Shown piece after piece: positions 6,190-11,014 of a DNA stretch of 11,014 nucleotides. The notes under the pieces are model-generated. The model was not told the origin of the DNA, ran no database searches, and worked only from the letters and a program-made list of their open reading frames with translations. Made by a program: the position numbers and the translations under genes. The number at the start of each line of letters is the position of its first letter. The stretch's first letter is position 1. The DNA is from a bacterium. GTDB lineage: Bacteria; Zhuqueibacterota; QNDG01; JABMRT01. The stretch covers positions 1-11,014 of the forward strand of contig JAFGEX010000127.1 of assembly GCA_016931355.1 (NCBI GenBank), written 5' to 3'.

Positions 6190-7113
6190 TTAAGAAAAAC
6201 TTTCGATATAATGCAACGCGGATTGGGCTGCGATGGTTCCGTCTCCGACTGCGGTGGATATCTGTCGTATCCCCTTTTCACGGACATCACCTGCCGCGAA
6301 TACGCCGGATACGGATGTCCGGAGATCCTCGTCCGTGATGATGTAGCCCGCGGGGCTCAGCCGGACATGACCTTTGAGGAAACCGGTGTTGGGGACCATG
6401 CCGATCCAGACGAATACCCGCTCCGCTCCAAGATCCTTCTTCTCCCCTGTTTTCCGGTCCCGGACCGTGACGGACCGGATTTTCGAATCCCCGTTGATTG
6501 AAAGGACTTCATGACCGAGGAAAAAGCTGAATTTGGGATTGGCCCGGGCCTTGTCCTGTAGTATTTTTTCCGCGTTCATCCGGTCCATGAATTCAACGAG
6601 CTTGATGGAACGCACGAAGCGGGTCAGAAACAGGCTTTCCTGAACGCCGGAGCTGCCGCCGCCCACTACAACGACATCCATGTTCGCGGAAGTCGGGCCG
6701 TCGCATGTCGCACAGGTGGAAACGCCGTTTCCCTTGAATTCCTTCTCGCCGGGGACGTTCAGCTGTTTCGAATCGCTGCCTGTCGCGACGATGACGGCCT
6801 TGGCCAGATAGGTGTCCTGATCCGTTTCGATTTTCTTGACGGCCCCTTTCCAGTCCAGGCCGGTCACCTGCTCGGAATGGATTTGAAGCCCGAATCGCGT
6901 CGCCTGCTTCAACATCCGCTCCATCAGGTCCGCACCCAGAATGCCTTCGTCAAATCCGGGATAGTTCTCGATCAATTCGGTCTTGGCGACCTGTCCGCCC
7001 GGCACCACATTCTCGATCAGGCCGGTATTCAGCCGGGCCCGGCTGGCATAGATCCCCGCCGTCAGACCGGCCGGCCCTCCCCCGAGTATCAGTACATCGA
7101 CTTCCTTCGCCAT
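6190..7113 (-). CDS. trxB: Thioredoxin reductase-like flavoprotein (CATC redox centre)
   Basis: 307-aa ORF with the FAD-binding GGGPAG N-terminus, the redox-active disulfide CATCDG, a second dinucleotide fold VVVGGGSSG, and the C-terminal FAAGDV motif. It lacks the canonical HRRxxxR NADPH motif and has EFMDRMN instead. Confidence 0.92.
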   Translation of the reverse strand: MAKEVDVLILGGGPAGLTAGIYASRARLNTGLIENVVPGGQVAKTELIENYPGFDEGILGADLMERMLKQATRFGLQIHSEQVTGLDWKGAVKKIETDQDTYLAKAVIVATGSDSKQLNVPGEKEFKGNGVSTCATCDGPTSANMDVVVVGGGSSGVQESLFLTRFVRSIKLVEFMDRMNAEKILQDKARANPKFSFFLGHEVLSINGDSKIRSVTVRDRKTGEKKDLGAERVFVWIGMVPNTGFLKGHVRLSPAGYIITDEDLRTSVSGVFAAGDVREKGIRQISTAVGDGTIAAQSALHYIESFS

Positions 7114-7132
7114 TCGAACCCCCGATTAGGTT

Positions 7133-7158
7133 ATATCGATATTCGAATGTATGAATAT
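7133..7158. promoter_or_regulatory. Candidate operator palindromes overlapping the trxB -10/+1
   Basis: A perfect 10-bp palindrome ATATCGATAT (7133-7142). An inverted repeat ATATTC-N8-GAATAT (7139-7158) contains the ATTCGAAT palindrome. GAATGT/GAATAT half-site-like repeats occur at 7145, 7154 and 7174. Confidence 0.35.
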
Positions 7159-7182
7159 ACAGACAATCCGGCTGAATGTCAA
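7154..7182 (-). promoter_or_regulatory. Sigma-70-type promoter for the trxB operon
   Basis: The minus strand reads TTGACA (complement of 7177-7182), a 17-nt spacer, then TATATT (complement of 7154-7159). The predicted start is ~7147, giving a ~34-nt leader to the ATG at 7113. Confidence 0.55.
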
Positions 7183-7212
7183 GTATTTTTTTCCGGACTT
7201 GATTTAAACGGG

Positions 7213-7218
7213 TATAAT
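7213..7218 (+). promoter_or_regulatory. Candidate -10 box (TATAAT) for the plus-strand SPFH operon
   Basis: A perfect TATAAT sits 55 nt upstream of the ATG at 7273, with an AT-rich upstream tract. No convincing -35 is present (TTGATT is only 8 nt away). GGAGG lies at 7262-7266. Confidence 0.35.
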
Positions 7219-7272
7219 ATTTAATTTTGTCCGGAATCATACCCCCCCGAAAACCCTTACCGGAGGTGCCCC

Positions 7273-8130
7273 ATGCTTTTCATCATTTGCATCATCGGGA
7301 TCATTGCGGCCGTCGTGGTCATGAAGACCTACAAGGACAGCCGCGTCTCGAAAACGTCTCTTCTCATTGCGCTTTTTTTCGCCGTCATTGCTTTCGGCCA
7401 GATGATCACGGTTGTTCCGGCCGGTCATGTCGGTGTGATCGACCTTTTCGGAAGGGTCTCCGCCAGGACCCTGAAGTCCGGCATCAATATCGTCAATCCG
7501 TTCGCACGTATCGTCAAATTCTCGATCAAAACGCAGGAAAAGACGGAAATCATGGATGTCCCTTCCAAAGAAGGGATGAACGTGAAACTGGATGTCAGCG
7601 TTCTTTTTCATCTGGATCCTGAGAAGGCGTCTGACGTCTATAAGACGATCGGCAACAATTATCAGGAAATCATTTTGGTGCCCCAGTTCCGTTCCGTTGC
7701 CAGGGGCGTCACAGCCGCCTATGAAGCCAAGGCGCTTTACACATCGGTCAGGGACACATTGTCCCTTCAGATCAGGCAGCAACTCGAGAAGCAGGTCTCG
7801 AGCCGTGGCGTAATCATCGAAGCAACCCCGCTTCGATCCATCGGCCTGCCGCCGCGCCTCACCCAGGCCATTGAAGAGAAACTGCAAGCCGAGCAGGAAA
7901 GCCAGCGCATGCAGTTCGTGCTGCTCAAGGAAAAACAGGAGGCCGAACGCAAGAAAATCGAGGCCCGCGGCATATCGGATTTTCAGCAGATCGTCACCCA
8001 GGGCATCAGCGAACAGCTGTTGCGCTGGAAGGGAATCGAGGCCACTGAAAAGCTCGCAAGCTCGGCCAACGCCAAAGTCGTCATCGTGGGCGGCAAGGAC
8101 GGTCTTCCGTTGATACTCGGATCCCAGTAG
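7273..8130 (+). CDS. SPFH/Band-7 (prohibitin-like) membrane protein
   Basis: The 285-aa ORF has two N-terminal hydrophobic segments. The prohibitin-type SPFH domain follows (VVPAGHVGVIDLFGRV ... NVKLDVSVLFHLDP ... IILVPQFRSVARGV). It ends in a coiled-coil EEKLQAEQESQRMQFVLLKEKQEAERKKIEARG. A GGAGG SD is present. Confidence 0.88.
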   Translation: MLFIICIIGIIAAVVVMKTYKDSRVSKTSLLIALFFAVIAFGQMITVVPAGHVGVIDLFGRVSARTLKSGINIVNPFARIVKFSIKTQEKTEIMDVPSKEGMNVKLDVSVLFHLDPEKASDVYKTIGNNYQEIILVPQFRSVARGVTAAYEAKALYTSVRDTLSLQIRQQLEKQVSSRGVIIEATPLRSIGLPPRLTQAIEEKLQAEQESQRMQFVLLKEKQEAERKKIEARGISDFQQIVTQGISEQLLRWKGIEATEKLASSANAKVVIVGGKDGLPLILGSQ

Positions 8131-8157
8131 GCGTCCGGGGCCGGGGGATTTTACGGA

Positions 8158-9423
8158 ATGCATGCCCATACCGACATCCTGATTATCGGTGGAGGAGCCT
8201 CCGGTCTGATGTCCGCCGTCTCCTCCGCGAGACAGGGATGCCGTGTCCTCATCGCGGAACGTCTGCCCCGCACTGCAAAAAAACTTCTGGCAACGGGCAA
8301 CGGCCGGTGCAATCTTTCCAACCGGGATGCAACACCCGGCCGATACCGCGGGGATGAAGCCTGGCTGTCGCAGGTTTTCAAACAGATGGGAGTGAAGGAA
8401 ACCCTAGGCGTGTTCGAATCCCTGGGACTCGCCACGGTGACGGATCCGGACGGAAAGATCTTTCCCCGCACCCGGCAATCCTCGACCGTGGTGGACGGTC
8501 TGCGCGCGGGATGCAGGCATCTGGGCGTAGAAGAGAAAACCGGATTTGAAGCGGCCGGCATCAGGCCGGATGCCGGATGCTTCCGGGTGCGGTCAACTGG
8601 CGGTGACAGGATACAGGCCGGCCGCGTGTTGCTGTGCACCGGCGGGCGGGCCAGCCCGGGTCTGGGATCCAACGGTTCGGGGTACAGGCTGGCTGAAATG
8701 CTGGGGCATACCGTGAAACCGGTATTCCCCTGCCTCGCGCAGATCCGTCTGAACCTGCAGGGCATCCGATCATTGAAAGGAATCCGGATTCAGGCAAGTG
8801 CATTGCTCCTGGCGGACGGAAAACCCTTCCAAAAGGAAGAAGGCGAGTTGCTCTGGACGGATGACGGGCTTTCCGGAATACCGGCGCTGAACCTTTCGAG
8901 ATGGATATCCGGCCCGTCCTTAGCCCGGGAAAAAATGATCCTGCGTCTGGATCTTTTCCCGGACTACGGCCTTGAACCTCTTCGATCCTACCTCCGGGAA
9001 CGCTTCGATCTTTTTCAGGACAGGACTGCGGAACAAAGCCTGGTCGGACTTTTACCCAAACGGTTGATCCCGTTCATTCTGAGAAATGCCGGCATGAAGC
9101 CGGATACGGCCGTTTGCCGCATGATGCAGCCCCAAACCGACAACCTGGCAAATGCCCTGAAATCGTGGGATCTGGAAATCACCGGGACCCGTTCCTGGAC
9201 GGAGGCACAGGTCACGGCAGGAGGCGTGGATACAAGCGAGGTCCATTCGCGGACCCTGGAATCCCTGAAAATCCCCGGCCTTTTTTTTGCCGGAGAGTTG
9301 CTGGATGTGGACGGGGCCTGCGGAGGGTATAACCTCCAATGGGCCTGGACCTCTGGATGGGTGGCCGGCTTTCATGCGGGCCTCAGCATTCGTCCGCATA
9401 CCGAAGCAGAAAGGAGGGCTTAA
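8158..9423 (+). CDS. HI0933-like FAD-dependent oxidoreductase (BaiN/YhiN/aminoacetone-oxidase family)
   Basis: The 421-aa ORF has an N-terminal FAD fold (DILIIGGGASGL) and the family-diagnostic TGNGRCNLSN motif. A C-terminal Rossmann re-entry (GLFFAGELLDVDGACGGYNLQWAWTSGWVAG) follows. It starts 27 nt after the SPFH stop. Confidence 0.88.
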   Translation: MHAHTDILIIGGGASGLMSAVSSARQGCRVLIAERLPRTAKKLLATGNGRCNLSNRDATPGRYRGDEAWLSQVFKQMGVKETLGVFESLGLATVTDPDGKIFPRTRQSSTVVDGLRAGCRHLGVEEKTGFEAAGIRPDAGCFRVRSTGGDRIQAGRVLLCTGGRASPGLGSNGSGYRLAEMLGHTVKPVFPCLAQIRLNLQGIRSLKGIRIQASALLLADGKPFQKEEGELLWTDDGLSGIPALNLSRWISGPSLAREKMILRLDLFPDYGLEPLRSYLRERFDLFQDRTAEQSLVGLLPKRLIPFILRNAGMKPDTAVCRMMQPQTDNLANALKSWDLEITGTRSWTEAQVTAGGVDTSEVHSRTLESLKIPGLFFAGELLDVDGACGGYNLQWAWTSGWVAGFHAGLSIRPHTEAERRA

Positions 9424-9428
9424 AAATC

Positions 9429-9929
9429 ATGGAAATACGTCACGCCCGCATCGAGGATCTTGACGCGATACTCGAAATCTACAATGACTGCGTGCTGCAT
9501 TCCACAGCCACATTCGACACACAGCCGAAAACGCGTGAAGCCCAGGAGAAAGGGTTCCTCTCCCATGATGCAAAGCATCCCATTCTCGTGGCGGTGGAAA
9601 ACGGCGAATGCATTGCCTGGGCGTCCCTGAGCCCCTGGTCGGACAGGCCGGCCTATTCCGGGACAGCCGAAGTATCCCTTTACGTGCACAAGAAACACAG
9701 GGCCCACGGCATCGGCAAGCAGATCCTGGCGGTCCTGGTGCAGGCCGGAAAGGACGCAGGCCTTCACACCCTCGTCTCGCGCATAGCAGAGGGAAACCAG
9801 GCCTGCATCCACATCCATCAACATTTCGGATTCGTGGAAATCGGCGTCATGAAAGAGGCGGGCCATAAATTCGGCAGGTACATCGATGTCACCCTCATGC
9901 AGCTACTCCTGAAGGACAGAATCGGCTGA
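9429..9929 (+). CDS. GNAT-family N-acetyltransferase (phosphinothricin/MnaT-like)
   Basis: MEIRHARIEDLDAILEIYND ... the acetyl-CoA-binding motif HRAHGIGKQIL ... FGFVEIGVMKEAGHKFGRYIDV. An AAGGAGGG SD at 9411-9418 puts the true start at ATG 9429, not the ORF-track 9339. The start is 5 nt after the flavoprotein stop. Confidence 0.88.
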   Translation: MEIRHARIEDLDAILEIYNDCVLHSTATFDTQPKTREAQEKGFLSHDAKHPILVAVENGECIAWASLSPWSDRPAYSGTAEVSLYVHKKHRAHGIGKQILAVLVQAGKDAGLHTLVSRIAEGNQACIHIHQHFGFVEIGVMKEAGHKFGRYIDVTLMQLLLKDRIG

Positions 9930-10118
9930 GCGCTGACGAGAGGTACAACGAATGCCGGTCCTCAAAGTCGGGGCCTCCCCTCACGGACGGCCTGTTCGCC
10001 TGAGACCCGGCTCCCAAATGAACAATCCTGCTGCAAGCAGCGGGGTATCATCAGAAATTCCAAGACACAATTCACCCCAAGGGGCGGGGAATGCCGGCCG
10101 TAAAGATAAGAATCAAAC

Positions 10119-10143
10119 CCCGCTTCAGGCGGGATTTTTTATT
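10119..10143 (+). terminator. Rho-independent terminator for the plus-strand operon (possibly shared by the convergent gene)
   Basis: GC stem CCCGC (10119-10123), loop ttcag, GCGGG (10129-10133), followed by ATTTTTTATT. The stem is short (5 bp) but GC-rich, with a clear T-tract. Confidence 0.5.
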
Positions 10144-10206
10144 GGACAGGCTTAGGATCGCAGCGAAAGTGAAGAAGAAGTCGCAGGAGAATTCCCGGAA
10201 CAGGCT

Positions 10207-11014
10207 TCACCTGCGCTTCACAGCGGCGCTTTTCCGGTTCATGAACAGGCTCGTCAGCCAGATCATGAGAGCGGCGCCTGAAAAAGCGGGTATCAACTCG
10301 TACAGGCCCGTGCTTTCCTTGAGAAACAGTTTCCACAGAATGGTGATGAGTGTCCCCGAAACCATGCCCGCCACCACGCCGAGCGGATGGGTTTTTTTCC
10401 AGTAGAGGGAAAAAATCAGGGAAGTCCCGATGGAGGCTCCAAGTCCTCCCCAGGCGAACAGAACCAGCCAGAAAATCAAATCCTTCGCAAGAAGGGCGAG
10501 AAGAACCGACAGCACCCCGCAGAAAACCAGGACCAGCCTGCTGAGCCGGAGCTTCTTGTCCTCTGTCAACCGTTCTTTCTGACGGAATATTTTTTCATAG
10601 AAATCACGCACCCCGGTGGATGCCACAACGAGAAGTTGGGAGTCCACGGTTGAAAGAATGGCGGCGAAAATGCCTCCCACGATCAGTCCATAGACGATGG
10701 GGCTGAAAAACCGCGAGGCGAGCACCAGATAGACCATCTCCGGATCCGATTGGGGAAGGCCGCCCGGATCCGGGATCATGGCCCTGCCGACAAGCCCGAT
10801 GCAGACGGCCCCCCAGGCCAGCACGACGTTCCAAAACGTCCCGATGACCGCGGACAGTTTCAGTTGGGCGGCATCACGGATCGACATGTAACGGACGATG
10901 ATGTGGGGCTGGCCGGGCGAACCCAGACCGATGCCAAGGAATCCGATCAGGGCGCCGGTCCCGAGTGAGAGCGGATGGATGAAAGCGGGATTCAATCCAT
11001 GAAGCACCTTCATC
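10207..11014 (-). CDS. Sodium:solute symporter (SSF family); C-terminal half only, the 5' end lies beyond the window edge
   Basis: The translation contains the mid-protein SSF signature (GLGSPGQPHIIVRYMS, compare GxxGQPHILxRFMA in PutP/PanF) and about six further transmembrane segments. The frame is open to the window end, and the apparent Met at 11013 is an edge artefact. Confidence 0.85.
   Translation of the reverse strand, partial: MKVLHGLNPAFIHPLSLGTGALIGFLGIGLGSPGQPHIIVRYMSIRDAAQLKLSAVIGTFWNVVLAWGAVCIGLVGRAMIPDPGGLPQSDPEMVYLVLASRFFSPIVYGLIVGGIFAAILSTVDSQLLVVASTGVRDFYEKIFRQKERLTEDKKLRLSRLVLVFCGVLSVLLALLAKDLIFWLVLFAWGGLGASIGTSLIFSLYWKKTHPLGVVAGMVSGTLITILWKLFLKESTGLYELIPAFSGAALMIWLTSLFMNRKSAAVKRR

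Noticed and set aside
7237-8169. 310-aa minus-strand ORF
   Set aside because: Antisense to the SPFH gene. The plus frame has clear prohibitin-domain and coiled-coil features and a GGAGG SD, while the minus frame is Arg/Gly/Asp-rich nonsense.
8151-8765. 204-aa and 115-aa minus-strand ORFs (8151-8765, 9052-9399) opposite the flavoprotein gene
   Set aside because: Shadow ORFs of the HI0933-family gene, with Pro/Arg-rich low-complexity translations.
9339-9428. ORF-track N-terminal extension of the GNAT gene (start 9339)
   Set aside because: It overlaps the flavoprotein's last 28 codons and lacks an SD. A strong AAGGAGGG precedes the ATG at 9429, which begins the conserved GNAT N-terminus MEIRHARIEDLD.
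9952-10405. Small plus-strand ORFs (9952-10155, 10091-10405) in and after the convergent intergenic region
   Set aside because: No SD and no recognisable domain. The second runs antisense into the symporter gene. They are treated as noise.
11011-11013. Apparent ATG start of the symporter at the window edge
   Set aside because: The SSF mid-protein motif (GQPHIIVRYMS) appears within 40 residues of this Met, so roughly the first half of the protein must lie beyond the window. The Met is internal.
1-11014. Search for CRISPR arrays, IS/transposon ends, integrase or defence-island signatures
   Set aside because: I saw no short regularly spaced direct repeats, no terminal inverted repeats flanking a transposase-like ORF, and no phage or defence gene hallmarks. 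All intervals are accounted for by the operons described.

Overview
The window is 11 kb of moderately GC-rich bacterial chromosome, tightly packed into four transcription units plus a convergent transporter gene. It reads as an ordinary core region rather than an accessory island.

- **Positions 1-4714, minus strand: chemosensory operon.** The gene order is receiver (CheY-like), CheW, CheR fused to TPR repeats, CheW, then a transmembrane methyl-accepting chemoreceptor that runs off the window edge. A perfect sigma-54 -24/-12 element sits upstream at 4832-4846. No CheA or CheB is present in the window.
- **Positions 5110-7113, minus strand: redox operon.** The order is thioredoxin reductase, an ArsR-family regulator, thioredoxin, a 59-aa membrane ORF that the ORF track missed, and an FmdB-family zinc-ribbon protein. 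A near-consensus sigma-70 promoter lies upstream, overlapped by AT-rich palindromes. A strong hairpin plus T-tract terminator lies downstream at 5048-5084.
- **Positions 7273-9929, plus strand: three-gene operon.** It encodes an SPFH/prohibitin-family membrane protein, an HI0933-family FAD flavoprotein and a GNAT acetyltransferase, with a terminator near 10119-10143.
- **Positions 10207-11014, minus strand.** The C-terminal half of a sodium:solute symporter, convergent on that terminator and continuing past the window edge.

I did not find a CRISPR array, mobile element, rRNA or tRNA, or a recognisable defence system. The most checkable oddities are:

- the sigma-54 promoter in front of a Wsp-like CheW-CheR(TPR)-CheW module;
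- a thioredoxin reductase lacking the canonical HRRxxxR NADPH-specificity motif;
- a two-cysteine ArsR regulator embedded between trxB and trxA, with candidate operators over its own promoter;
- the unannotated small Cys-motif membrane ORF;
- a lysine-rich basic tail on one CheW.

The organism is a guess: a Desulfobacterota-like anaerobe would fit the sigma-54-driven che cluster, the FmdB ribbon and the atypical thioredoxin reductase, but nothing here proves it.
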